From Acidobacteriaceae bacterium (GTDB lineage: Bacteria; Acidobacteriota; Terriglobia; Terriglobales; Acidobacteriaceae): DNA of 53,889 bases. The translations under genes and the position numbers were made by a program. Where the stretch lies: positions 1 through 53,889 of the forward strand of contig JASHSG010000135.1 in the NCBI GenBank assembly GCA_030040935.1, written 5' to 3'. The notes beneath the pieces are model-generated. The model did no database searches. It saw only the letters and a program-made list of their open reading frames with translations, and was not told where the DNA came from. Below are positions 9,137 through 19,800 of the stretch, piece by piece. Positions within the stretch are counted from its first letter, which is position 1; every line of letters starts with the position of its first letter.

Positions 9137-10036
9137 TCAGCTCTTGCGATCGATGAGGTAGCGGGCAACGGCCTTCAGGCCGGAGGCGCGGCTGCCATAG
9201 GGCTCGAGGGCGGCAAAGGCTTCGTCAACGAGCTGCGCGGCATCGCGCAGGCTCTGTTCGACCCCATAAACGGCGGGCCACGTTGCTTTCTCGGTGGCCG
9301 CGTCCTTGCCGGCGGTTTTGCCCAGGTGCGCGGAGTCGACCGTCATGTCGAGAACATCGTCGACAATCTGGAAGGCGAGGCCGGCTTTGCGGCCGAAGCG
9401 GTCGAGGCGCGCAACGTCGCTGGTCGTGGCTCCGGCGAAAACGCCGCCGGCAACGACGCTGACGCGAATGAGTGCGCCGGTTTTGGCGCGGTGGATGGCT
9501 TCGACAAGCTCGGGCGTGGGATGGAGGCCCTCGCTTTCGAGATCGAGGACTTGACCACCGATCATGCCATCGACGGTGCCAATGGCGTTGGCAATGAGCC
9601 CGACGATTTGAATGGCGGCGGCGGGAGGACATGCGAGGCCCGCGAGCACTTCAAAGGCCGTCGTCTGGAGGGCGTCGCCGGCGAGGATGGCGATGGCCTC
9701 GCCAAATGCGACGTGGCAGGTGGGCTTGCCGCGGCGAAGGTCGTCGTTGTCGAGGGCGGGCAGATCGTCGTGGATGAGCGAGTAGGTGTGGAGCATCTCA
9801 AGGGCTGCGCCGAGACGCTCGATTCCTTGGGGAAGATGGCCCGCGACGGTGACGCCGGCCTGCATCGAGAGCACAGGGCGAAGACGCTTGCCGCCGGCAA
9901 AGACGGAGTGACGCATGGCGCTGTGAATGGAGACGGGAAGCGCATCCGCGGAAGGGAGCAGGGCCTCGAGCGCCTGGTCGGTGAGGTCCGCGCCCTCCTG
10001 AATCAGAGATTTGACGTCCGTGGACATTGCAATCAT
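9137..10036 (-). CDS. ispA: Polyprenyl synthetase (farnesyl/geranylgeranyl diphosphate synthase)
   Basis: GGKRLRP, HDDLPALDNDDLRRGKPTCH (FARM), KTG, FQIVDDVLD (SARM), GKTAGKD; ATGA overlap with the upstream gene. Confidence 0.95.
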   Translation of the reverse strand: MIAMSTDVKSLIQEGADLTDQALEALLPSADALPVSIHSAMRHSVFAGGKRLRPVLSMQAGVTVAGHLPQGIERLGAALEMLHTYSLIHDDLPALDNDDLRRGKPTCHVAFGEAIAILAGDALQTTAFEVLAGLACPPAAAIQIVGLIANAIGTVDGMIGGQVLDLESEGLHPTPELVEAIHRAKTGALIRVSVVAGGVFAGATTSDVARLDRFGRKAGLAFQIVDDVLDMTVDSAHLGKTAGKDAATEKATWPAVYGVEQSLRDAAQLVDEAFAALEPYGSRASGLKAVARYLIDRKS

Positions 10037-11898
10037 GTTAGACGAGAACATGCGAGCCGGAGTTCATAAAGCGAGAGGGTGAGGAGCAGGAGCGCGCTGA
10101 GGACCGTAAGCCAGCGGCCAGTGCCGGCACCGGGGCCCGGTTCCCAATCGAACGTGGCGATGACCGGGCCTCGGGGAACCGGGATCGCCATGAGACCGTC
10201 CGGCCGTCCCAACCAAAGAGTGCGGCGGCCTAGAACGCGAATTATCCACGAGGGAGAGCTCTCGAGACGCAGGATCAGAAAACCAGGCCGAGGCATGGTC
10301 GCGTACAAGGTGCGATGCTCGGGATTGACCTGAGCACTACCGTCCCACGCGAATGTGGCCAGGCAGCTATCTTGATCCGGAGCCCAGGAGGGATTGGCGC
10401 CGGGATCGTCGGGATCCGGCTTTCCGAGGGTGGCTTCGGGATCGCTTACGAGGCAGGCGTCGGGAAGGCCGGTGGCGATGGTGGTGATGTCGGCATCGGG
10501 GGGAGCGTACTCGAACATACCTTCAAATCCTGCGCCGGCGCGGTAGGCCGCGAGCATTGACGCGACCGTGTCTTCGGGGTAGCAGACCTGGAAGAAGGCG
10601 GTTCCGGCGTAGGCTGTGGCGGCGAGGAAGAGTGCCGCGCAGACGGCGAGAATTGCGCCGCGGACGATGCGTGCGTCCGGGCGCGTGGGCCAGATGGCAG
10701 CGACGAAAAAGATGGACATGGGCGCTTCGACAGCTTCAAGCATGCGCCAGGGGTACTGGAGAAAAGGCATTTGAGGGAGCGAGTGCCAGACCGGCCGCGA
10801 GATGGGGAAAAGAAGATACAGGACGACGACGGGGATGGCGGCAAGAGGAACCCACCAGCGGTTTTTTCCTGGTCCTGGAAGCGAGCCGCGGAGAAAGCAG
10901 ATGAGGACGGCGATGAGAGCGACGGCGATCATGAAGATGGCAATCCAGGAGACCTGCCGCAGTACGACGTCGTGCAACGCGAGAACGGGATTGGCGTGGT
11001 GCGAGAAGAGCCAGTTGTTCTCGAAGTCGTAGCCGGGATCATCGGTGGCCTGACGGATATCGACCCAATCGCGCTCCGATGCTGCGGGGGCCCAGTAGAT
11101 GGCGGCCAGACCGAGGCCGAGCGGCGCTGCGATGGCGGCGCGAAGCAGCGGGACCCAGGATTTGTCCAGGATGGCCCAGAGAAGGGCGACACCCAAGAGC
11201 AGGTAGCCGGCGATGATTCCGAGAGGAAGGTTGGAAAACCATGCGCCGGCAAGCGCGATTGCGATCGGGACGATCGAACCGTCGAAAACACGACGAAAAA
11301 GCGAGGCAGCCGGGAAGCGATCGCGCAGGACGAAGAGGATGATAATCGGAAGCCAGAATCCTCCAGTGAATTCAGGGAATGCGCAGCGTTCGTAAGCGTT
11401 AAAGAGTGTGAAGCCCGAGAAGATGGCGACGCAGCCGGCCAGCGTGGCGGGGAGATCTTCGAGGGCTTCACGGGCGAGGGCGCGCGTGGCCAAGCCAGTG
11501 GCCGCGAGAATGAGGAGTGTGAGCGCGATGGGCACGAGATTCCAGGGAAGGACAGCGCCCAGTGCAGCGCCCAGCATCCAGGTGAGCGGGGGGTAGTAGA
11601 CGAAACGAGGCTCGCCGGCGCCGTAATTGGGGCTGGGCGCCCAATGCGGGTAAAGGATGCCGTGACGCAAAGCGTTGAGACAATCGAACCATGAAACTAG
11701 ATGAACGTCGAAATCGTGGCCGCAGGAGTTGCCGCGAATGAGCTGCGGGAGGATGGCGACGAATGCGGCGAAGACGATGACGGAGGGACCGAGGAGATTC
11801 CCCGCTTTCCAGATGCGAAGGACGGGACGAGCCCGCGCCGATACGCCGGCCACATCTGATCGTCGATCTCTGTCCTCTGTTCCCAGTTTTCTGTTCAT
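10033..11898 (-). CDS. Polytopic membrane protein, PTPS-related/YfhO-like (putative GT-C glycosyltransferase)
   Basis: GHDFDVH, YPHW, GEPRFVYYPPL and LQYPWR motifs; many TM segments; ATGA overlaps at both ends. Confidence 0.72.
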   Translation of the reverse strand: MNRKLGTEDRDRRSDVAGVSARARPVLRIWKAGNLLGPSVIVFAAFVAILPQLIRGNSCGHDFDVHLVSWFDCLNALRHGILYPHWAPSPNYGAGEPRFVYYPPLTWMLGAALGAVLPWNLVPIALTLLILAATGLATRALAREALEDLPATLAGCVAIFSGFTLFNAYERCAFPEFTGGFWLPIIILFVLRDRFPAASLFRRVFDGSIVPIAIALAGAWFSNLPLGIIAGYLLLGVALLWAILDKSWVPLLRAAIAAPLGLGLAAIYWAPAASERDWVDIRQATDDPGYDFENNWLFSHHANPVLALHDVVLRQVSWIAIFMIAVALIAVLICFLRGSLPGPGKNRWWVPLAAIPVVVLYLLFPISRPVWHSLPQMPFLQYPWRMLEAVEAPMSIFFVAAIWPTRPDARIVRGAILAVCAALFLAATAYAGTAFFQVCYPEDTVASMLAAYRAGAGFEGMFEYAPPDADITTIATGLPDACLVSDPEATLGKPDPDDPGANPSWAPDQDSCLATFAWDGSAQVNPEHRTLYATMPRPGFLILRLESSPSWIIRVLGRRTLWLGRPDGLMAIPVPRGPVIATFDWEPGPGAGTGRWLTVLSALLLLTLSLYELRLACSRLT

Positions 11899-14417
11899 GG
11901 CAGCAGGTGGAGGGTGTGAGTGGTTTGCGCGGCGACGGCCGGCGGGGTGAAGGGCAGAGCGAAGGTGGTTCCGTTGTACCAGGCGTTCCATTGATCGCGA
12001 AAGTAAGGACTGAGCGGATTGCCGCTTTCGCCGAGAACGATGTTTTCAGTTGAGCCGTCGATGTTGCTCCAGTCCATGGTGAAGCGCTGGGAGGGGCCGA
12101 AGTCTCGGCCTACTTGTTTGACGGTGACGCCATCGCCCGATTGCGGCTGAGGGCCGGTTCCGGCGACGCGGCCAACCAGAGGGAGAAAAGCGGCGAAGGG
12201 GTGCTCGATGTCGACCATGTGCCAACTGCCGTAGGTCCAGCGCGTGAGATCGAGAGGCGCTCTGCCGTCGCGCATTGCTTTACGCACCGCGGCGGTGAGC
12301 AGGGCGTTCCAGTCTCTGTAACCGAAGGGGAGCCAATCGGGCTTGGCGTGCATCACGATTTCTTCCTCGGCAAACGCGGATTCGCTCCAGTGGTAGTCGC
12401 CGGCAAGCTTGCCGAGCTTGGGCTCAAGAATCATGGGCCAAAGTGCGGCGCGGGTCTCGGTGACGACGGAAGCGGCGGCGGAATCCGTAGTCAGGCGGCC
12501 GTCCCAGCTGCGCATCAGGTCGGCGGCCTGGCGCATGCGTGCGTCGCCATTGCCCTCAGGCCCCGGCGTGTGGTCGATGGCGTAGGCGAATCGATGGCCC
12601 ATCTCCTGGTCAACTTCGCTGTAGATATCGGTTTGCGTGGCGAGCATGTCGGCGGGCGTGAGCTTGTCGCGTCCGTCGAGCAATTTATAAATGCGCTCGA
12701 TGCGGTAGGGGTCGCCCCATTCGCCGGTGATCGGGTAGGGCGATTTGTCGGTCGTGACGCGCGCATTGGCCGTAGCGAGAAATCCCGAGGGCGGGTCGAA
12801 TGTGCCGGGCATCTGGACGAACGGAATATAAGCAGGGCAGACGCCGGAGCAGTTCGCCGATCCCCACTCGTGCGCGTCGTCGTGGATGGGAACATTTGAG
12901 ATTCCAGCGGGGCGGATGGGGATTTTGCCGATAGCGTGGTACGCGATGTGGCCCTGATCGTCGGCGTAGACAACATTCTGCGTGGGCCAGCACCACTCGG
13001 CGAGCGCGGCAGAAAACTCCGCCCAGTTCGAGGCTGCATTCATCTCGTAAAGTGGCAAGGTGTCGAGCGTGGGATCGTAGAGCGTCCATTTGAGCGCCGT
13101 TGGCGGATCGCCCGCGGCGAGAACCGGGTTGAGCAGCGGCCCGTGCGCGGTGGATTGAACATTCAGGAAAACATCTCGGCGGCCGCGAACGTGAATTACC
13201 TCGCGATCGACGGCGAGCGGATGCCACTGCGCGTCGATCCCCTGATAATTTCCCTTGCCATCGAGTTTTTCGATGTAGAGATCCTGCGCGTCGCCGTAGA
13301 GGGCCGTGAATCCCCAGGCGACGTGTTCGTTGTGGCCGGCAATGACGAGTGGGAAGCCGGGAAGCGTGACGCCGGCTGCGTGAAAACCGGGGGCGCTGAG
13401 GTCAGCCATGTACCATGTTTCGGGCTCGCGCAGCGTCAGGTGCATATCGTTCGAGAGCATCGGCTTGCCGCCCGCTGTGTGCGTGCCGGCGATGACCCAG
13501 TTGTTGGAGCCGGGATTGCAACCATTGCAAGCAGGCTGGCCGAGAAGGGCGAATGCGCCGGTGGGTGCGGCGATCGGAGTTGCGCGCGTCTCGGTGTTCT
13601 CGTCGTCATCGTCGTCGCCCTTCGAGGCGGGCGGCATCGGCTGCGGCGCGCTCAGGTCCAGGCGAAGGCCGGTGGGCGGATGATCGCGCCACGACCCGAC
13701 GGGGTAAAGATCGGCCTCGAGAATGGGATTGTTGAGCTTGGCGGCGACGCGGGCGCGCGAAAGCTTGGTGACGATGCGGGTGTCGAGTGTCTCGACCATG
13801 GAGAGGCCCACGCTGATCGAATCAACGCCGCTCCATGGTTGGGGACGGTAGTGGAGGATTTTGAATTCGACGGGAAGGGAGTTCGACTGCTCGCACTGCG
13901 TGATGAAGAAATTGACGCCGCGCGCATAGTCGTCGAGGCGGCGGCGGTCGCCCGAGTATAGATTGCCGTAGAGGCGCTGGGCGGTGAGGCGAATCTGAAG
14001 GATGCGCTGCGTTTTGTCATGCTCGATGAGCGCGGCGCCCATGATCTCGGCGAGTTCGCCGTCGGCATTGCGGCGCGAGGCGTCCATTTGCCAGAGCCGG
14101 TCCTGCGCGGTCACGTAACCCTGTGCGATGAAGAGGTCGTCCTGATTGGAGGCGTCGAAGTGGGGGATGCCGTGGGTGTCACGGCGGATTATGACAGGCG
14201 CGGTGAGCCCGGAGAGATGGACATCGCCATCGAGCTGCGGCAGCGAAGCTTTGGCGGCGGAGCGAAGCCAAAACACTGCGGCCAGGGGTGAGAGCACGAG
14301 GAGAATCAATAAGCCGCAACAAATCCAGAGAACGAGCAAAGGCCAGCGCCGCTTGCAGCGCGACGAGAGCGGCGCGGGCGGTGATTTGAGCTGGGTGATT
14401 TGAGGTGAGTCGGACAT
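11895..14417 (-). CDS. Penicillin acylase family (S45 Ntn-hydrolase), membrane anchored
   Basis: RRDTHGIPH, QGYVTAQDRLWQMD, GSNNW nucleophile, NDMHL, ATAN and GESGNP motifs; N-terminal TM anchor. Confidence 0.93.
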   Translation of the reverse strand: MSDSPQITQLKSPPAPLSSRCKRRWPLLVLWICCGLLILLVLSPLAAVFWLRSAAKASLPQLDGDVHLSGLTAPVIIRRDTHGIPHFDASNQDDLFIAQGYVTAQDRLWQMDASRRNADGELAEIMGAALIEHDKTQRILQIRLTAQRLYGNLYSGDRRRLDDYARGVNFFITQCEQSNSLPVEFKILHYRPQPWSGVDSISVGLSMVETLDTRIVTKLSRARVAAKLNNPILEADLYPVGSWRDHPPTGLRLDLSAPQPMPPASKGDDDDDENTETRATPIAAPTGAFALLGQPACNGCNPGSNNWVIAGTHTAGGKPMLSNDMHLTLREPETWYMADLSAPGFHAAGVTLPGFPLVIAGHNEHVAWGFTALYGDAQDLYIEKLDGKGNYQGIDAQWHPLAVDREVIHVRGRRDVFLNVQSTAHGPLLNPVLAAGDPPTALKWTLYDPTLDTLPLYEMNAASNWAEFSAALAEWCWPTQNVVYADDQGHIAYHAIGKIPIRPAGISNVPIHDDAHEWGSANCSGVCPAYIPFVQMPGTFDPPSGFLATANARVTTDKSPYPITGEWGDPYRIERIYKLLDGRDKLTPADMLATQTDIYSEVDQEMGHRFAYAIDHTPGPEGNGDARMRQAADLMRSWDGRLTTDSAAASVVTETRAALWPMILEPKLGKLAGDYHWSESAFAEEEIVMHAKPDWLPFGYRDWNALLTAAVRKAMRDGRAPLDLTRWTYGSWHMVDIEHPFAAFLPLVGRVAGTGPQPQSGDGVTVKQVGRDFGPSQRFTMDWSNIDGSTENIVLGESGNPLSPYFRDQWNAWYNGTTFALPFTPPAVAAQTTHTLHLLP

Positions 14418-14508
14418 GCAATCGGTCGCGAGCCAGATTCAGGATACGACGGGCGAAGGCGCGCAACCGGCCTGTGGGAGGGGTTTTGCGGCGCGAGGGA
14501 TGGAGCGA

Positions 14509-15612
14509 TCAATTCGCCGGCGGCGTGGCGCCGTTGCGGGCGTAGAGGCTGAGCAGAGCGAGCAGCAGAAGAACAATGACGGCGAGTACGAGCAGGCTGC
14601 CTTCGGGGCCGTCGGCGCCGCCACTATAAATCGGATTGCCGGAAGGATTCGCCGACAACAAGTGGCCCTCCGCGCGGAACCCGCTGTCGGCCGTGCCATA
14701 GAAGAAAGTCTCAGCCCAGTCCCATGCCGCATGGCAGCCGATGGCCCACCAGGCGGAGCCGGTGAGGCTGACGCTTAGGCAAAAGATAAAGCCGATGCAT
14801 GTGGCGGCAAAGATGCCGATCGAATTCTCGCCATTGTTGGAAGTGTGGTAGAAGCCGAAGAAAGTTGAAGTGACCCACGCCGCCTGCCAGAAGGCACCGC
14901 GCGCTCCAAGCGTTTGCTGGACTATGAGGCAGGGCGGGAAGCCGATTGCAGCGGCGAGGTAGACGCCTGATGCGCCTTGGCGAGCCGGGTCGAACGCGAG
15001 GTAAAGGCACATGGCGGCCTGCGCCGCCAAAGCCCACCAGAAATTGATTCCGCGGGCGAGCGTGGAGAGCGAGTAGCAGCGAAAGAGGCCCTCTTCAAGT
15101 GAGCTGACGAGGAGGAACGCGATGGCCCACAGGGCACCGAGACAGGTAGCCTGCGCGGCAGGAACGGCGGCTGGGGCGAGACGCAGCCAGCCGCCCCAAT
15201 CGAGAGCTCCGACAAGCAGCGAGACCGTGACGAAGCCGACGCTCAGGCCGGAGAGAAAATGCGGCACGCGGCGGGGGCCTGCGAGATTGTAGCTCGAAAT
15301 GCGGCGATCCTCGATGAGAACCATGACAAGCGCCGCGGCGATCAAGGCAAGCACCGGAACCAGTTCTCCGACGAGGACGGCAGGGGCGGAGTCGGCGGGC
15401 GTGTCATGAATGAGGCCGGCCGCGTAGAAGAGCGTGCCAACGACCTCGCGGAAAAGGTAGTAGAGTCCCGCGAAGAGAAGGATGGACCAGCCGGCGCGCA
15501 AGCCGTGCGGCCCAATGAAGACCCAGTCGAGATCGCGACTGAAGCGCGGAGGGCGAGGCGCGTCTCCGGCGGACGGGACATCTTCGACCGCGGGCTCGGG
15601 TTCGGGCTGCAT
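14509..15612 (-). CDS. CPBP (CAAX/Abi) intramembrane metalloprotease
   Basis: EEGLFR, FGFYH and HAAWD motifs; SGGADGPEGS near the C-terminus. Confidence 0.88.
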   Translation of the reverse strand: MQPEPEPAVEDVPSAGDAPRPPRFSRDLDWVFIGPHGLRAGWSILLFAGLYYLFREVVGTLFYAAGLIHDTPADSAPAVLVGELVPVLALIAAALVMVLIEDRRISSYNLAGPRRVPHFLSGLSVGFVTVSLLVGALDWGGWLRLAPAAVPAAQATCLGALWAIAFLLVSSLEEGLFRCYSLSTLARGINFWWALAAQAAMCLYLAFDPARQGASGVYLAAAIGFPPCLIVQQTLGARGAFWQAAWVTSTFFGFYHTSNNGENSIGIFAATCIGFIFCLSVSLTGSAWWAIGCHAAWDWAETFFYGTADSGFRAEGHLLSANPSGNPIYSGGADGPEGSLLVLAVIVLLLLALLSLYARNGATPPAN

Positions 15613-15808
15613 TTGCGCTCTCGTAAGCAAGGAAATCCTGCTGCTGCGACGGCAGCTGTGAATAGTCACAGTACAGCATAATCAGCCTTGAGGGGAACTG
15701 CGGCGGTTCGGCTTGGCCTATGAAGTCTCAGCCGTTTCGCGACCGAGCCGCGGAAGGTATGAGGCGCACATATTCGGCGCGGGCTCAGAGCGCCTTAGAG
15801 AGAACCTT

Positions 15809-15836
15809 GGATCCTTCGCGGCGGTCAGGATGACAA
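15809..15836 (+). repeat. REP-like element family A, short intergenic copy
   Basis: GGATCCTTCGCGGCGGTCAGGATGACAA shares its ends with the copies at 21905, 39131 and 39553. Confidence 0.7.
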
Positions 15837-15854
15837 GCGGAAATCCCCCGCTGC

Positions 15855-15887
15855 CCCAGGGTCTCGAAATCCAGACCCCGGGGCACC
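15855..15887 (+). repeat. REP-like element family B, intergenic copy
   Basis: Imperfect hairpin CCCAGGGTCTCGAAATCCAGACCCCGGGGCACC, similar to 33989-34019. Confidence 0.7.
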
Positions 15888-15937
15888 AGATTTGAGTGAT
15901 GGAACCGGGTCGGCGGAGCGAAGCCGCGGGCCCAGGG

Positions 15938-16717
15938 TTATGGGTGCTGCTTCTCGTTAGGCTGGCCGGCGACCTGGAGGTAGTTTTCCACGCTGAATAC
16001 GCCGGGAACGGTGTTGGCGCGGATGCCAGCCACGTCCTTGTCGGCCTCTGAGTCGACGACGCCATACAGCTCCACGTGGCCGTTTTGCACCGAGATGCGG
16101 ATAGGCTTTTCGGGATCGATGGCGTATCTGTTGAGCGACGTATAGCCGTAGACCGCGCGCGCGACTGCAAGCCGGATGCCGTTATCCATGGGCGAAACGG
16201 GATCGACAGCGATCTCGTCGATTACATCCTTGACGCCGGGCGTTGTGGAGACGACGGCCAGAGCGGAGTCGCGGTTGGGATAGTCGTGCGAATGACCTGC
16301 CAAGGTGACGACGCCGTTCTGTACGTTGAGGGAGATAGCGTCAAACATGTTGCCATAGCCGATGGCGTTGTCGGAAACCTTATCGATCAGAGCCTTCTGC
16401 AACTGGGCATCAGGCACGTCGGGTCCGGCCACCTGAATCTCGTTGCGGACCGCGGTGACGCCTTTGATTTTGTGTACGGTTTTGTCGGCGTCAGCCTTGT
16501 ACTCGTAGAGACTGACGGTACCGGATAACGAGGCGACGCCGCTCGCGTCGACGCTGATCTGAACATCCTTGAACTGCGATTTATCGAGCTTGGATCGCGC
16601 CGCACTGGCGACGTCCTGGTCGGCGACCGCCCGCGAAGGTTGGGGAAGGACCAGAATCGCACCGAAAAGACCCGCGGCAATAAGAAGTGAGTTGCGAGGA
16701 ATGACGTTTTTTGTCAT
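15938..16717 (-). CDS. BON domain protein (three BON repeats), exported
   Basis: Signal peptide; three repeats of the GxVxLxG...PGVxxVxxxI/L type; RBS GGAGG. Confidence 0.9.
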   Translation of the reverse strand: MTKNVIPRNSLLIAAGLFGAILVLPQPSRAVADQDVASAARSKLDKSQFKDVQISVDASGVASLSGTVSLYEYKADADKTVHKIKGVTAVRNEIQVAGPDVPDAQLQKALIDKVSDNAIGYGNMFDAISLNVQNGVVTLAGHSHDYPNRDSALAVVSTTPGVKDVIDEIAVDPVSPMDNGIRLAVARAVYGYTSLNRYAIDPEKPIRISVQNGHVELYGVVDSEADKDVAGIRANTVPGVFSVENYLQVAGQPNEKQHP

Positions 16718-16740
16718 GGGGAAACCTCCGTTCGCGTTTG

Positions 16741-16770
16741 ATTAGACACGGGAGACCCGGGATTGGTTGC
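16741..16770 (-). promoter_or_regulatory. Putative ECF-sigma promoter of the BON gene
   Basis: GCAACC-N18-TCTAAT just upstream of the RBS; a similar motif precedes lon. Confidence 0.45.
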
Positions 16771-16803
16771 GCGGCGAGGCATAAGTCAATGAACAGAAAA
16801 GGA

Positions 16804-19800
16804 TTAGCGATAGCGGCGAGTGGCTTTAATGACCATGGAGAAGACGCCGGACTCATCGCGGGCGACGACCAGCGAGACGTGGCGGTTGATGGCGATTTCT
16901 GCCTGGAGCAACTGCTGGCTGGTGGTATTGACGTCGGTGGCGTAGGTGAGTGTGACGGCGCGGCCCAACTGCTCCTCGACCGTGATACGAGATGTAGAGT
17001 TGCCGGTTGCGCCGAGGTAATTGGGGTCGACTTTCACCGAGCCGGCGCCGAAGAGCTTTTGAATGCGGCTGGAGACCGTGGCGTTGAGGGCGCCGCCGAG
17101 GAGCGCGTCGGTGGTGGGATTCGAGATGGCCTGCTCCTGCTGCTGCGTATAGAGCCGCTGCTGATTGGCGGTGTGGCCGAGGGCGAGCAAGGCCACGACG
17201 TCAGCTTCAGGCATGGGAGGATCGCTGCGATAGGTAACGCTGAGCTTCTGCGGCAATCCGTGGAGGCCGAGAGAGATGTCGTAGTCTTCGACGTGCGCCG
17301 TGGCGCTCAAGTCAATGATGGGCTCGATGCGTACTGGATTGGTGAAGGTGATGTCGCCGCGCTCGAGATCGTAGCGGGTTCCAGCGATGAGAGCACTGCC
17401 CTCGGTAATGGAGACGGCGCCGAGGAGCGAGGGAGACGCGAGAGTGCCGCGCAGGCGGAGATTGACGTCGCCGGCCAGCTTGGCGAAAGCGTTCTGAAAG
17501 TTCAACTGCGGAGAGGAGTCGACATGGACATCGAGGCGAACGTGATTGGAGGGCGCGCTGGGAGGCGCTACGGATTGGACTGAGAAGCCGGCCTGCACGG
17601 CGAGGGAGGCGAGGTCGAGGTCAGGGCTGACGGCAAAGCGCGTGATGAGCACATCGCCAGAGAGGAGCAGGTTCGATTGCGGGCCCTGGAGCTGCAGCTT
17701 CAAGTCGGCCAGCGAGCTGACGCCGGCTGGATAGCGGATGTGAACGCCTTTTCCGGTGACCGTGAGGTCGGCGAAGATGCCATGCTGATAGGCCAGGTAA
17801 CCACCAAGCGAGAGCTGGCCGCCGCCTGTCATGGCGGTAAGGGACCTGACTTCGAGGCGGTTCTGATTGAACTCGAGAGAGCCGCGCAACTGGCTCAGGC
17901 CGTTGGGCAGATCTTCGAGCGAGAGCGAACCGCCCTCAAAGTCGACGCGGCCCTGAAGACCGGGATCGCGCAAAGGGCCGTGGGCCTGAACATGGAAGGT
18001 GGAGACGCCGCTGGCGGTCAGATCGGGATCGAGCGTCTCTGCAAGCTTGAGATTGATGGAACCGTTGGCGGCAAGGTCGAGTTGCTGCGATCCGTCGAGC
18101 GAAAGGCTTGCCTCCGCGCGGAGATCGGTATTGTCTCCTGTGACGTGGAGGGGATCGAGATGGACGCGGCCGTCAGCGAGCGTGGCGTGCACGCTGCCGT
18201 CGCTTTGGAGATGGACGCCGGCGACGGTGACCACCAATTGCCGGAGCTGGGCTTCACCACGAAGCTGGTTTAGATCGGAGAGGGGTCCGTCGATCGAGAC
18301 AGTTCCGGCGAGCGCGGAGTCGGCGGTAAAGGCCTCCACATGGGCCATGCGGAGAAGCGCGCCAACGTTGAATTGGGAAAAGTCGACGTGCGCCTCGGTT
18401 GCGTAGCCGCTCCGCAATGCGGTCTGGCCGGTGAGATGCAGGTCGGCTCCCTGCAACTGTGTGGTTGCGGCGTAGGCAAGGCTGTGGCCAGAGGTATGTG
18501 CGGAGAGGTCGAGGGCGCCGAATTGTTGGGCGCTCAAGGTGAGAGAGCCAGCGGTCAGGTGGGCGTTAAGACGTGGGTCGTCGATCGAGCCTGACCCGGT
18601 GAGATCGACAGAAAGCCTGCCGGCAAGATCAAGATTGTGCCGGCCGACCCAGGCGATGCGGGCGATGTCGATTGCCGAGGCGTGCGCATCGACAGCGAAG
18701 GTTCGCGACGCGAAGTCGTATGCGCCAGTGGCCGTGATGACGCCGCCGGCGCCAGCGGCCCTGGCCGAGGTGACCTTGAGCGCCTGGCCGGTCGTCGCTG
18801 CCTGGATCCGAAGCTGTGTAACCGGCTCGCCGTACACGGCGGCGCGGTCCATCTCAAGTGAGCCGGAAGCTGACGGCGCACGGAGGGGTCCGTCGGCCGT
18901 GAATTGCGCGTTGAATTCGCCACCGACCGGAAGGATCCTGGAAAAGAACGGCTGGATATCGGCGACGCTGACGGTGTCGGCGGTCACGCGCGCGTGAAGA
19001 ACGGAGCCGGCATCGTAGACCGGCTGTGAACTACGGGGAGAGCGCGGGCGTGCAGAGGATCCTGGGCCAATAGACGCATCGAGGCTTCCGCTTAGAAAAA
19101 CGGTGGCCTTGCCGTGAATCAGCTGAGCGCGCTCAATGGAGATCTGCGACGGTGAATAACTGCCTTCGACCGCAACTGAATCCAGATCGAGCAGGCGGCG
19201 ATGGTTGAGATCGCCGCCCGCCGGCATTTCGATGCCGATTCGCGTGGCCTTTAGGGCGCCCGCGATGCGTGGCTTGACCAAGGAGCCAGTCCACGAGCCG
19301 TGAAAATCGGCTTCCCCCGCCAGGGCTACGGGGAGGGCGGAAGTTCCGGTTTTGCCGTTCCGATTGAGACCGAGCGAGCGCAGGACGGCATCGAACTCAG
19401 ACAAGTCGTGGGAATGAAAATCGACGGTGAGAGCCGAAGCGCTGGTGACGGGGTAAGCGCCGAGGGAGCCGCGCGCAACAAAATCGCTGGCGGGCAAATG
19501 AAGCTCAAGATTGCGCAGTTCCACTCCGCCATTCCGCTCGGTGTAGGTGGCGTCAATGACGCCGTCCGAAGGCACCTCACCGGGCGGTGGTTGCCTGGAT
19601 GGGCTGAGGTTTAGAGCCGCGGCGACGGAGATGCTGCGTGCATCACCGTTCGACCAGGTCGCAGTGGCGGGACCATTCAAACGGGCGTCGAAACCGAGGC
19701 GACGGTATTGCGGCGGGCAGACGGTATCGAGAATAGTGTCGAGAGATACACCTTTGAAATTGGCTGTGACCTTGCCATTGACGGGGACGGAAATCAAGGC

